Part shown: positions 26,918 through 36,701 of the stretch, piece after piece
Position numbering within the stretch: position 1 is the stretch's first letter
Layout: every line of letters starts with the position of its first letter
DNA from: a bacterium
GTDB lineage: Bacteria; Patescibacteriota; Minisyncoccia; Phycocordibacterales; UBA2100
Length of the DNA: 64,000 nucleotides
Direction of reading: 5' to 3'
Assembly (NCBI GenBank): GCA_030647655.1
Contig: JAUSJH010000009.1
Location: forward strand, 82,196 to 146,195
Position numbers and translations under genes: made by a program
The notes under the pieces: model-generated
What the model was told of the DNA's origin: nothing
The model's input: only the letters and a program-made list of their open reading frames with translations
Database searches by the model: none

Positions 26918-27988
26918 TCACTCGGTTTTCTCGAGGAATTTTAACACCGCATTATTGCGGAGAGCGTGGGCGATGTGTGCGCGAAGCGCCTGCGGGTCGG
27001 CTTGTTTGTAGTGCTCGCGGGCATGGGCGACTTCTTTTTCGAGCGCTTTCTCTTCGGGCTCGATACTCTCCTTGCGTGCGATCTCGGTCAAGATAAGACG
27101 GACTTTTGCGCGCTTGTCGGCGGCGTCTTTCCACTCGGCACGTATACCCTCGCGGGTTTTCTTTGTTTGCGTGAGATGTGCGTCGAGCGTAGTTCCCATG
27201 CGAGAGAGGTCGTCTTTGAGGCGCGCCTCCATGTCGTCGAGTTCATATTCGCGTAGTGCCGCGGGATAGAAAATCTTGGAATCCCTCACCAGATCGTCGA
27301 GCATAGCGGCGCGACGTTTCTCGGTAGCCTGCATTTCTTTTTCGGTCTTGATGTTTATACGGAGTGCGTCTCTGAATTTCTCCGCACTTTCGTATCCGAG
27401 CGACTGCACGAACGCGTCGTCGAGTAGAGGGAGCTCTTCTTCTTTGGTGGCGCGCGATTCTTCCGCCGCTTTTTGTGCTTCGGTGCCGCTTTCTATTTTG
27501 TCGATACGCGCACGCTCGCGGCGCAGATGCGTGAGAGCCTGCGCGTGTTCTTCATCAGAAACGGACACCTCCTCTTTTTGTGAAGTATGTTTGTCCGCGA
27601 TCTTTTTGTAATCTGGCAACTCAACCGAAGGAGCAAGTGCCGCGCGAGCCGTAAATACGAGCGATTTGCCAGCTTCAGGAGTGTCGGTCGTAACGCGTGG
27701 GGACTCGATTATGAGAAGCTTTTCCGATGCAAGAAGCTCCGGCAATTCGTGCTCTATCGCATGCTGTACCGCTTCACGCAGGACGGCACTTTCTCCGTAC
27801 ACTTGAATGATGCGCTCTTCGGGCGCGTGGCCTTGACGGAAGCCGTCGAGTTTCGCGGTCTTTTTTATTTCTTTCAACGCATCAGTGCGATATCGAGAAA
27901 GGACTTCGGCAGGAATCTCAGCCTTCACTTCGACTTCCCATTTCTCCTCGTCGCGCGAGACTTTCACGTTCGTCAGATTACTCGACAT
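26918..27988 (-). CDS. tig: Trigger factor (no central FKBP domain)
   Basis: Ribosome-binding motif LDGFRQGHAP, VELPDYK, LPLLDDAFV, and the C-terminal chaperone domain; only 356 aa. Confidence 0.9.
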   Translation of the reverse strand: MSSNLTNVKVSRDEEKWEVEVKAEIPAEVLSRYRTDALKEIKKTAKLDGFRQGHAPEERIIQVYGESAVLREAVQHAIEHELPELLASEKLLIIESPRVTTDTPEAGKSLVFTARAALAPSVELPDYKKIADKHTSQKEEVSVSDEEHAQALTHLRRERARIDKIESGTEAQKAAEESRATKEEELPLLDDAFVQSLGYESAEKFRDALRINIKTEKEMQATEKRRAAMLDDLVRDSKIFYPAALREYELDDMEARLKDDLSRMGTTLDAHLTQTKKTREGIRAEWKDAADKRAKVRLILTEIARKESIEPEEKALEKEVAHAREHYKQADPQALRAHIAHALRNNAVLKFLEKTE

Positions 27989-28033
27989 TGCGCGAGTGTA
28001 GCAGAAAACAATTCGAGCCCCAAGGTCGGACTT

Positions 28034-28291
28034 CTACTGGATGGTTGTGGACGAATCGTTCCCAGGGATGAGCGGTAGCTGGTCCTCGGCATCCCGCTGA
28101 TTCAATTGCGCGCCCCAAAAATATAATGCGCCGACTACGAGAAGCACGACAATAATAATGGTGCCGACGATCGGCCCTGTCGACGACTTATGCGCCGGTG
28201 GCCCGCCTTCGCCGGAGGCTCCGGCGTGGCGAGGAAGCAGGTGGTCCTTCGGGTCGAATGGGGGTTGGTTGGGTGGAGGCATTACCTCCAT
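28034..28291 (-). CDS. Small membrane protein
   Basis: GPIVGTIIIVVLLVVGALYFWG single TM. Confidence 0.7.
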   Translation of the reverse strand: MEVMPPPNQPPFDPKDHLLPRHAGASGEGGPPAHKSSTGPIVGTIIIVVLLVVGALYFWGAQLNQRDAEDQLPLIPGNDSSTTIQ

Positions 28292-28342
28292 TGTAGCACC
28301 GGAGCGTTTCCGTCAAGCCCGAAAGGGAGGTGGAAACCAACC

Positions 28343-28756
28343 TCAATTATTCCACGGGAAATTAACAACATTACTGACTTCTTTGAGCAAATAATCGGGC
28401 CTGATTTCTGAGATAGGCATTGTATAAAGGCAGGCTGTTTTTACCTCTGCCCCCCTTTCTTCAAGATACTTTTTGCCGGCAATCAGGCTCCGACCAGTCT
28501 CTATCATATCTTCAACCAGCAATACTTTTTTGTTGGAAACATCGGAAAGTACATAGGCCGAGATTTGTCGGCCCTCGCCCTCTCGCTGCATTTTAATCAC
28601 GCACGTGTCTTTTACACCCAGAAATTTCGATAGCAAAGCAGCGGGAATGATTCCACCACGCGCAATGCCTATGACGATGTCGGGCGTGTAGTCGATCTTT
28701 TGTGCGAGCAGTCTTGCTTCTTTTTCGAACTTGTACCAGTCCATACGTCGTATCAC
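28343..28756 (-). CDS. Type I phosphoribosyltransferase (xanthine/hypoxanthine PRT-like)
   Basis: IGIARGGIIPA and PRPP-binding loop VLLVEDMIETGRS; C-terminal FPW. Confidence 0.88.
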   Translation of the reverse strand: MIRRMDWYKFEKEARLLAQKIDYTPDIVIGIARGGIIPAALLSKFLGVKDTCVIKMQREGEGRQISAYVLSDVSNKKVLLVEDMIETGRSLIAGKKYLEERGAEVKTACLYTMPISEIRPDYLLKEVSNVVNFPWNN

Positions 28757-29202
28757 TATTCTACTCTGGATGCATGAATATACTGCTCGGCGGTCTTCTG
28801 ATCTTCAACACTTGTGATTTGGTGGTGGCTTCCGTAGAAGGCAAGGACAAGCGACCTTCGCGTCTCATCGAGATCTTCCCACGCTTTTACGGCACTTTCG
28901 ATTTCTACCGCAACGACTTTCTCGTCATTATCGGAGCGCTTCAAGAGCGCTATCGGCCTGACATCTATTATCTCGCCGACCTTAGCAACTCTTTCCGAAA
29001 ATATGATGACGTCAACTTCGTCCCCGTCATGCGGATTATGCGTGTCGGGGATAAATCCATAATGCTCGGGGGCAACCCCATCATTGACCGGAATGTGGTC
29101 TTTCATCGGCCCGAGGTCAACGAATTCGGACTTGTTGTATTTATTGAGATGACGGCGGCGATTATCACCCCTAGGTATCTCAATCGTCGCTTGTACCTTC
29201 AT
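28756..29202 (-). CDS. Divergent family I inorganic pyrophosphatase-like protein
   Basis: TIEIPRG, YGFIPDT, DGDEVDVI, DNDEKVVAV. Confidence 0.8.
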   Translation of the reverse strand: MKVQATIEIPRGDNRRRHLNKYNKSEFVDLGPMKDHIPVNDGVAPEHYGFIPDTHNPHDGDEVDVIIFSERVAKVGEIIDVRPIALLKRSDNDEKVVAVEIESAVKAWEDLDETRRSLVLAFYGSHHQITSVEDQKTAEQYIHASRVE

Positions 29203-29207
29203 CGCGG

Positions 29208-29738
29208 CTATTTATCGAACTTCTTTTTGTAGAGGTCGACAGACCTGCGCAATGCCTCCAGTGCCTCTTTCTTGCCTTTGAAACCGGGCACGGTCACTTC
29301 AGCTCCCTTAAGATGTTTGTAGGTCTCAAAAAAGTGCTTGATTTCTTTAAGGGTGTGTTTGTTTATGTCACCCAGATCGTGCACCTCATCCCAACGCTTG
29401 TCGTTCACCGGCACACCGATGATTTTTGCATCGGATTCTCCCGTGTCGATCATATCCATGAATGCAACCGGACGCACTTTTACGAGGATTCCGGTCGGTA
29501 TAGGGAAGCTTGCGAGCACAAGTACATCAATTGCATCGCCATCTTCCCAGTATGTCTGTGGCGCGAAGCCATATTCAACGGGGTACGCCGCCGCCGAGTA
29601 ATTGGCGCGATCGAGGTGGACAAGCCCTGTCTCTTTTTCTATTTCGTACTTGTTTTGAGATCCCTTCGGGACTTCAATGATGACATTAATCTCTTCGGGT
29701 GCGTTGTCGCCGAGCGGTATGTCGTGCCAGAGGTTCAT
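29208..29738 (-). CDS. ppa: Inorganic pyrophosphatase
   Basis: IEVPKGSQNKYE, LDR, YGFAPQT, DGDAIDVLV, DAKIIGVP, HFFETYK. Confidence 0.95.
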   Translation of the reverse strand: MNLWHDIPLGDNAPEEINVIIEVPKGSQNKYEIEKETGLVHLDRANYSAAAYPVEYGFAPQTYWEDGDAIDVLVLASFPIPTGILVKVRPVAFMDMIDTGESDAKIIGVPVNDKRWDEVHDLGDINKHTLKEIKHFFETYKHLKGAEVTVPGFKGKKEALEALRRSVDLYKKKFDK

Positions 29739-29777
29739 AGCTAGAGAGTGTAATCCAAATGACAAAGTGCGCAACCT

Positions 29778-30350
29778 CTATTTGTTGAGATATCGCAAGA
29801 GCATAAGAGCGCTGCGTTCTTCTTGGATACTGCCGTTGAGGCACATTTTTTTCGCCTCCGCGAGCGTCGTCGGGACTATAGTAATGTTTTCTCCCGCTTC
29901 CAAATCTTGCTGCGCTTCTTTTGTATACGAATTGATTACAAAGTAGTACAAGTCCCATTCCACCGTCGTACCGCATTTGGAAATTCCAAAGAGCTCCGCA
30001 TCGCTGGCGATGAGGGCTACCTCCTCGCGCGCCTCTTTTACCGCAGCTTCACGTGCTTTCGCTTTAATATCGCCGTTGGTTTTCAGGAACGAATTGTATT
30101 CTTTCAGCGTGTCGAAAACTTTTCCGCCGGGGAGGCGATAATCGTAGCCTTTTATTTCCGGCCGGTATTCTTTTGTGAGAATGATTTTCCCGTCCGATGT
30201 TGGAATAATGAGGCGTGTGCCCGGAGCGCGCCGCGCGAATTCAAATGTAAGACTTTTCTCTCCTATCTTCATCGGCTGCTCGACCACTTCAATGATTTTT
30301 CCTTGGTACGTGACCTTTTCTGGGCCGGAAGGAGTGGGAAAGATGGACAT
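29778..30350 (-). CDS. NUDIX hydrolase (ADP-ribose pyrophosphatase-like)
   Basis: LTKEYR...RLPGGKV...AAVKEAREEV Nudix box with an internal insertion; LEAGENI. Confidence 0.8.
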   Translation of the reverse strand: MSIFPTPSGPEKVTYQGKIIEVVEQPMKIGEKSLTFEFARRAPGTRLIIPTSDGKIILTKEYRPEIKGYDYRLPGGKVFDTLKEYNSFLKTNGDIKAKAREAAVKEAREEVALIASDAELFGISKCGTTVEWDLYYFVINSYTKEAQQDLEAGENITIVPTTLAEAKKMCLNGSIQEERSALMLLRYLNK

Positions 30351-30452
30351 ATCAAGTAAAGAGTGTAGCAGAATGGACGTTTTTGCAAAGTAGTTGACCA
30401 ATCGGAGAGAATCATGTTAACTACCGTCTGGCAAGCGCAATCCCGCGCATAA

Positions 30453-30752
30453 ATGGAGGCCGATATGGGTGCGTTCAACGCAATGCTTCTCGCATTCGGC
30501 CCGATGTTCCTACTCGGGCTTGCAATGCCGTTCGGGCTGTTCCTTTTTCGCGGGCTGGTGCCGAGCTCGTCAAGTCGTCGGCGGATTCCGATGTTTCTTA
30601 TAGCAACGTTTCCGCTGCTTCTGTATAGCTACCGTGAATCGGCGTGGCTCACGGATCAGTATGCGTCGTTCTCGCCAACATTTACTGGCGCAGTCTTTTT
30701 TCTTATCGGCACCCTCATCGGAATGGAGGTACGACGGATATGGCTACCGTAG
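30453..30752 (+). CDS. Hypothetical membrane protein
   Basis: Three hydrophobic segments. GGAGG before the second ATG suggests the true start is a few codons in. Confidence 0.55.
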   Translation: MEADMGAFNAMLLAFGPMFLLGLAMPFGLFLFRGLVPSSSSRRRIPMFLIATFPLLLYSYRESAWLTDQYASFSPTFTGAVFFLIGTLIGMEVRRIWLP

Positions 30753-30806
30753 AGAGTAAAACAGGCGGGGCGCCTTTGCGCCCCGCCAAGAATTTATGCC
30801 AGACGC

Positions 30807-32147
30807 TTATTCAGCGTCTTTTTCTTTGTCCGTCACCACCTCCTCCTGCTGTTCTTCTACCTTTTCTGATGCAATGTCACGGTCTTGGGACACGGGATCG
30901 ATATTTTTCTCTCCCACATCGGCGACCTCCTCATCGGCGCCCATTTCTTTTTTCGTCTCCTCGAACGCACTTTCTTTTTGCGTGATGTCTTCCACCTGCG
31001 TGTCCTGTATTTTGGGAGCTTCGGTCCCGTCTGTTGCCGCGACTTGTTCGCCGCCGGCGCTTCTGATGTCTATTTTCCACCCAGTGAGCCGTGCGGCGAG
31101 GCGGACATTTTGGCCGCCGCGGCCGATTGCGAGTGATTGCTGGTCTTCGGCAACCTGCACGATTGCGCGGTTTTCTTCCTCGTTCAACTCGAGACTAAGA
31201 ACCTGCGCAGGCTTCAGTGATTCTTTCACGTAGTCAGCCGCAACTGCGGACCATTCTACGACGTCAATTTTTTCGCCGCCGAGCTCGGAGGTAACGACTG
31301 CCACACGCACACCGCGTTGGCCCACAAGCGCGCCCACCGGGTCCACGTGGTCATCGTTGGAAAATACCGCGATTTTTGCGCGGCTTCCGGGCTCGCGCAC
31401 GATGCCTTTTACCTCGACGACACCGCTTGCCATCTCGGGTACTTCGGCTTCAAAAAGCTTCGTAAGGAATCTAGGGTGAGAACGAGAGAGGCGGATGAAC
31501 GTGCCGCGCACGCCTTCGTCTACGCGCAAAAGGAGTGCGCGTACCCGCTCGCCTTGGCGGTATCTCTCGCCGGGGATTTGTTCGTCATAGGGAAGTATCG
31601 CGGTCGCACGGCCGAGGTCCACAAAAAGATTGCCGCGCTCGAAGCGCTGTACGTGGCCTGTCACGATGTCGCCCTCGCGCTGGCCGTATTCGGTTATGAT
31701 GCTCGCGCGCTCCGCTTCACGGACCTTTTGCATTATGACCTGCTTTGCGGCTTGTGCGGCGATGCGGCCGAAATCCTCGCGCGTCTCAAGCGGGAATGAA
31801 ATCTCCTCGTCGAGCGTAGAATCCTTTTTGATGCGGCGCGCGTCTTCGAGCATGATGTGCTGTTCCGGATTGAAACGCGAGCGGTGGTCATCGTCGCCCG
31901 TTGCATCTTCACCTTCTTGTCGCACCAAAGTATTGTCGACAACTATTTTCGCTTGGCGGAATTCCATGTCGCCGGTCGCGGGATTAAACGTGGCCCGGAT
32001 TATCTGCCCGCGCTTTCCGTATTCGCGGCGGTATGCGGCGGCGAGTGCGGTGGAGAGCGCGTCAACGACGCTTTCGCGCGAAATACCCCGCTCGTGCTGG
32101 AGTTCTTCGAGCGCAGAATTGAGTGATTTGATGTCGAGTAGAGACAT
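30807..32147 (-). CDS. nusA: Transcription termination factor NusA
   Basis: FGRIAAQAAKQVIMQKVREAER, S1 domain, KH domains (REPGSRAKIAV, DPVGALVG, SLAIGRGGQNVRLAARLTGWKIDI), acidic tail. Confidence 0.98.
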   Translation of the reverse strand: MSLLDIKSLNSALEELQHERGISRESVVDALSTALAAAYRREYGKRGQIIRATFNPATGDMEFRQAKIVVDNTLVRQEGEDATGDDDHRSRFNPEQHIMLEDARRIKKDSTLDEEISFPLETREDFGRIAAQAAKQVIMQKVREAERASIITEYGQREGDIVTGHVQRFERGNLFVDLGRATAILPYDEQIPGERYRQGERVRALLLRVDEGVRGTFIRLSRSHPRFLTKLFEAEVPEMASGVVEVKGIVREPGSRAKIAVFSNDDHVDPVGALVGQRGVRVAVVTSELGGEKIDVVEWSAVAADYVKESLKPAQVLSLELNEEENRAIVQVAEDQQSLAIGRGGQNVRLAARLTGWKIDIRSAGGEQVAATDGTEAPKIQDTQVEDITQKESAFEETKKEMGADEEVADVGEKNIDPVSQDRDIASEKVEEQQEEVVTDKEKDAE

Positions 32148-32259
32148 GGTTAGTTTTGATTAACGAGCGTACGCGAGTTTAGCAATAACTTCCACCACCT
32201 TACCGCTTTGCGGTAAGGGGATTAAGAATTTGTAATTCGCTTCGCTCATAACAACTTCT

Positions 32260-32324
32260 AAAAAAAGTTTCCGCCAAAGGCGGAACTTGTGGAGGCATTA
32301 TATGTAGAACGAGGCGGATGTCAA
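32260..32324 (-). promoter_or_regulatory. nusA promoter followed by a leader terminator (attenuator)
   Basis: Minus-strand TTGACA (32324-32319)-N16-TATAAT (32302-32297), then AAGTTCCGCC-TTT-GGCGGAACTT plus a T-run. Confidence 0.75.
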
Positions 32325-32364
32325 GAAGTTTCGATAACCGAGTGTTTGATACGACATTGGAACT

Positions 32365-32733
32365 CTAATCTACCGTCCAGATGAGTAAATACAATTGTAA
32401 TACCGCGAGACCAAACTGTGATATGGCAAGGAGAATTCCTGCGACCAAAAAACGAAATGACTTGCTTTTAACACTTTTTACAACGGCCACGATGAACGTT
32501 ATTACTGAGAGGAGTAGTAGGAGATTTCCAACAAGTATACTTTCGAAACCAAGCCCGCGTCCCCCAGAATCTAGATCTTGCGTCCACGGTCCGTGATTAA
32601 TACCCTGCTTCCACCACTCATCTTGAGAGGGTAAAACGCCGAGCGATCGTTCGACCGCGTAAAAGATAAATGGTAACGCAAAAAGTATTACTGTCGTGAT
32701 AACAATGCGCTTATAAGCTTTTATTTCGTTCAT
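32365..32733 (-). CDS. Hypothetical membrane protein
   Basis: 122 aa, three TMs, AT-richer than its neighbours. Confidence 0.6.
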   Translation of the reverse strand: MNEIKAYKRIVITTVILFALPFIFYAVERSLGVLPSQDEWWKQGINHGPWTQDLDSGGRGLGFESILVGNLLLLLSVITFIVAVVKSVKSKSFRFLVAGILLAISQFGLAVLQLYLLIWTVD

Positions 32734-32836
32734 ATACAGACTGAGAGACCTGGATTAGAACTCGGCAATAGTACACCCCCGAAAGGGGATTTCCACTTCA
32801 TTAAAATCATTCGCGCTTCGCTTGTTGCTGTACAGG

Positions 32837-32870
32837 CAAACGGCTCATATACCGGTATATGAGCCGTTTG
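32837..32870. repeat. Perfect 34-bp palindrome
   Basis: CAAACGGCTCATATACCGGTATATGAGCCGTTTG equals its own reverse complement. Confidence 0.9.
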
Positions 32871-32879
32871 AGTTTGCAG

Positions 32880-33101
32880 CTATCTTGCGCTGACCAGTGA
32901 GAACGGGAGCGGCACGGGCGCGTTTGCGTGCGCGGCGCGGCGTGAGGCATTGAGGAGCGTGAATCCTCGCACCCTCTTGGTGCGCGGATTGACGCGAACC
33001 AGGACATCGTTGCCCGCTTCGATGGTCTCGTCCTTCGCGCTCGGCTTACCTTGCGAGAAGTAGAACACGTCGGCCTCCTTGTCGTAGAAGTATTCCAACA
33101 T
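32880..33101 (-). CDS. DUF2283 family protein
   Basis: YFYDKEADVFYF...VLVRVNPRTKRVRGFTLLNAS. Confidence 0.8.
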   Translation of the reverse strand: MLEYFYDKEADVFYFSQGKPSAKDETIEAGNDVLVRVNPRTKRVRGFTLLNASRRAAHANAPVPLPFSLVSAR

Positions 33102-33140
33102 GTTCCGAGTATAGCAGGATTTGTTTGTTATAATTCCACT

Positions 33141-34883
33141 ATGTATATCTCCGACACGCACCTCAAATCATTTCTCGCCGACGCGGGGCTTGTCTCTCAA
33201 AAGGATTTTGATAATGCGGAAGCGGAGGCCAAACAGACGGGCCAGCCGGTCGGGGACATTTTAACGGCAAAAAATTCGATAGGAGAGGACGAACTGCGCC
33301 GCACCTATGCCTACATTCTCGGCATTCCATTCGTCTCGCTTGCAGGCACCAACATCAAATACGAAACACTCGGCATGATCCCCGAGCCCATCGCGCGGCG
33401 CAACAACATCATCGCCTACAATCACCGTGGCGAAGAGCTCGAGGTCGCCATGCTCGACACCGACGACCTCGCGGCGATTGATTTCATCAAGAAGAAAACG
33501 CACTTGAAGATTTTGCCTCGGCTCACGGACGTGGCATCCATCAAGACCGCACTCAAACTCTATCAGCAGGGGCTCAAAGATAATCTGGGCGATGTCATTG
33601 AACGCGAGACGGCGGCCTTGGAAAAGACTGCGCTCGTCGAAGGAAAAGAAGTAGACCTCAAACAAATAGCGGAAGGGGTGTCCGCGGTGCGCATAGTAGA
33701 TACGCTCATCCGGCACGCGAATGCGCAGAACGCTTCCGACATTCACATCGAGCCTTTGGAGGGTTCGCTCCTCATCCGATATCGTATCGACGGCATCTTG
33801 CATGATGCGATGGAGCTACCCAAGCACGCCGCCGCCGCCATCACGGCGCGCGTAAAGGTCTTGGCCAATATGCGGCTCGACGAGCACCGCTTGCCGCAAG
33901 ACGGGCGTTTCGGCGCGGAGAGCGGCGGCGAGAAGATATCGTTCCGTGTCTCCATCCTTCCCACGTATTACGGCGAGAAAATCGTGATGCGCCTTTTGCG
34001 CGATTCGATATCCGGCTTCACGCTCGAGTCCATCGGCTTCCATGGCACGGGCTTGGAGCGCATGCATGAGGCGATGCGCAAGACGACCGGCATGGTCCTC
34101 TCCTGTGGGCCGACGGGTGCAGGAAAATCCACCACACTGTACACGCTACTCGACATCGTCAATACACCCGACGTCAACATTTCGACCATAGAAGACCCGA
34201 TTGAATACCAGATGAACAGAATCAATCAGACGCAAGTGCGGCCGGAGATAGGATTCACCTTCGCCAATGGCCTGCGCTCTCTTGTGCGCCAAGACCCCGA
34301 CATCGTAATGGTCGGGGAAATCCGCGACAAAGAGACGGCATCACTTGCGATTAATGCCGCGCTTACCGGCCACCTCGTACTTTCGACTCTGCACACGAAT
34401 TCCGCCGCGGGCGCCATCGCGCGCCTGCTCGATATGGGCATCGAGCCGTTCCTCCTCGTCTCTACACTGCGCGTTATCATCGGCCAGCGGCTCGTACGCA
34501 AACTCTCTGCCGACAAAGAAAAATACGAGCTATCGCGCGACGAGCAGAGCCAGCTCGAACGCATCGTTGATGCTGGCAATGTCTTGAGGGCGCTCAAAGA
34601 TGAAAAAGCTGTCGCGAAGGACGCGACGTGGAAAAATATCCCATTTTTCAAATCGAAAGAAGGCGGCCAGAGCCCTTCGGGATACGCAGGCCGGGTCGGC
34701 ATCTACGAAGTCCTACCCGTCACCTCGACCATCAAAGAGCTCGTCATGAAAGGCTCGACAGGAGATGAGATAGAAAAGCAGGCGCGGAGCGAAGGCATGC
34801 TCACGATGAGCGAGGATGGCATCTTCAAAGCCGCGCAGGGTGTGACTACTATTGAAGAAGTGTTGCGTGTGATCACAGAATAA
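33141..34883 (+). CDS. pilB: Type IV pilus/T2SS assembly ATPase (PilB/GspE)
   Basis: ASDIHIEP, RLPQDGRF, GPTGAGKSTT, TIEDPIEY, RQDPDIVMVGEIRD, TGHLVLSTLHTN. Confidence 0.95.
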   Translation: MYISDTHLKSFLADAGLVSQKDFDNAEAEAKQTGQPVGDILTAKNSIGEDELRRTYAYILGIPFVSLAGTNIKYETLGMIPEPIARRNNIIAYNHRGEELEVAMLDTDDLAAIDFIKKKTHLKILPRLTDVASIKTALKLYQQGLKDNLGDVIERETAALEKTALVEGKEVDLKQIAEGVSAVRIVDTLIRHANAQNASDIHIEPLEGSLLIRYRIDGILHDAMELPKHAAAAITARVKVLANMRLDEHRLPQDGRFGAESGGEKISFRVSILPTYYGEKIVMRLLRDSISGFTLESIGFHGTGLERMHEAMRKTTGMVLSCGPTGAGKSTTLYTLLDIVNTPDVNISTIEDPIEYQMNRINQTQVRPEIGFTFANGLRSLVRQDPDIVMVGEIRDKETASLAINAALTGHLVLSTLHTNSAAGAIARLLDMGIEPFLLVSTLRVIIGQRLVRKLSADKEKYELSRDEQSQLERIVDAGNVLRALKDEKAVAKDATWKNIPFFKSKEGGQSPSGYAGRVGIYEVLPVTSTIKELVMKGSTGDEIEKQARSEGMLTMSEDGIFKAAQGVTTIEEVLRVITE

Positions 34884-34945
34884 CGCAGGCTATCAACAAT
34901 CGCTTATGGCGTGTTTGTGAATCGGGTGACATACTGCCCGCATAT

Positions 34946-36700
34946 ATGATGGAAGTCTTGGCACTTCTGGTGACCATCGCCTTACTGGTCATGGTGTTCA
35001 ACTTGCGCAAACGCGTGAGCGACCTCGAAAGATCGCAAAAAGGAGGGCTGCAGCAAGCTCCAGCACCGCAAACTCCTCAATCGGTTCCAGTTCAAGCGCC
35101 TCTTGCCGTGCCAAATGTGCAACTAATATCCCCAGTAGGCGCCGTGGCGCAGTCAGGTCCTTCTGTAGATGCTCGCCTCATCGAGTGGTTCAAAGAAAAT
35201 TGGCTCTTAAAACTCGGCGCGTTATTGCTTCTCATAGGGTTTGGCTGGCTCGTGTCGTATGCGTTCCTCAATAATTGGATAGGTCCTATGGGCCGTATCA
35301 CGCTCGGGCTTGCGGGTGGTGCTCTCATACTCCTGCTCGGGACGTGGCGCATACGCTCATACGTGACGCAGGGCAGTATTTTTGTGGCTCTCGGTGCGAC
35401 CGTGGTGTTGCTCACTACCTATGCCGCCCGGACCGTGTACGATTTCTTCACCCCCACCAGCGCACTCGCGCTCATGTTCGGGACTTCGGCATTCGTCGCG
35501 TTCGTAAGCGGCATCTACAACCGCAAACAACTCGCGGTTGCAAGCGTTGCGCTTGCCGCGACGGCACCTATACTCGCGCACTCACCGACACAGGATTATG
35601 TCGGACTTTTCGCGTATCTCCTCGTCGTTGTCTTGGGTGCGGTATGGATAGTGGCGTGGAAGGGTTTTCGTGAGGCGGGAACAATGGCTCTTGTTGTAGT
35701 CGCACTCTATTCCATGCCGCTTCTCGTCGGTCTTGAACGCTCTGACATGTCGACGTTGTTACTCTTCGCGTATGGATTTGGAGCGATTTTCTACATCACC
35801 AATACTGCGGGACTACTCCGTCTAAAAGGCAGTGATGCGATGCCGGACCTTGTCACTGCCGCAGGGAACGCACTTCTCTTGGCCGCGTGGATTTACGTTG
35901 CCGCGCCCAAAGATTTTCAGAGTCTGATTCTTGCGGCGTGGGCGACCGCATTCATCGTCGGAGCGTTCGCTGTGTTTCGTGTGAGCGGTCAACAGGCGCC
36001 GTTGTTTCTCTATGCGGCGATAGGCGTTGGATATATTGCTGCTGCGACCGCGATAGAGTTAAGCGGCGCCGCTCTAACGATTGCCTACACGCTTGAAGCC
36101 ACGGCGGTCGCGGTCGCTTTGTTCGGTATTACGAGAAATGTTGCCGCCGCGCAGCGCTCCACGCTCCTTCTCATAGGTCCCGCGGTACTTTCGTTCGGGA
36201 GCGTCGTTTCAAGCGACTGGCAATTTGGGGTCTTCAATCAACATTTCTTTGTTCTCGCGGCGTTGGCAGTAACATTCCTTGGGCTCGGTGGCATATTTTT
36301 CCAATCTGCTCACGCGACTGGCGTAGAAGATGTCAAGACCGGAAATGGAGCTCTTCTTGTCGCGGGCTCGCTCTACGCCTACATCCTTTTGTGGCTCTCA
36401 CTTCATGCAGCTCTTCCGGAGAGCCCTGACATGGCTGTCATGGCGGCGCTTTTTGTGTACACCGTTATAGGTATCGGTGCGTATGTGTGGGGTACGACCG
36501 CTGCAAGCAAGGGGTTGCAGGCATACGGTGGAACGCTTCTCGTATTTGTCGTCGGGCGCCTGCTCGTCGTAGATGTGTGGCAGATGGAACTCACGGGTCG
36601 TATCATCACGTTCTTCCTCATCGGTACGCTACTTATGAGTACGGCATTTCTCGGCCGCACCAAGAAAACAGAGACTCCGGCTCCACCTGCCGCCACCTAA
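34946..36700 (+). CDS. DUF2339-like polytopic membrane protein
   Basis: WLLKLGALLLLIGFGWLVSYAF..WIGPMGR at the N-terminus and LLVVDVW...RIITFFLIG at the C-terminus. Confidence 0.8.
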   Translation: MMEVLALLVTIALLVMVFNLRKRVSDLERSQKGGLQQAPAPQTPQSVPVQAPLAVPNVQLISPVGAVAQSGPSVDARLIEWFKENWLLKLGALLLLIGFGWLVSYAFLNNWIGPMGRITLGLAGGALILLLGTWRIRSYVTQGSIFVALGATVVLLTTYAARTVYDFFTPTSALALMFGTSAFVAFVSGIYNRKQLAVASVALAATAPILAHSPTQDYVGLFAYLLVVVLGAVWIVAWKGFREAGTMALVVVALYSMPLLVGLERSDMSTLLLFAYGFGAIFYITNTAGLLRLKGSDAMPDLVTAAGNALLLAAWIYVAAPKDFQSLILAAWATAFIVGAFAVFRVSGQQAPLFLYAAIGVGYIAAATAIELSGAALTIAYTLEATAVAVALFGITRNVAAAQRSTLLLIGPAVLSFGSVVSSDWQFGVFNQHFFVLAALAVTFLGLGGIFFQSAHATGVEDVKTGNGALLVAGSLYAYILLWLSLHAALPESPDMAVMAALFVYTVIGIGAYVWGTTAASKGLQAYGGTLLVFVVGRLLVVDVWQMELTGRIITFFLIGTLLMSTAFLGRTKKTETPAPPAAT

Positions 36701-36701
36701 C

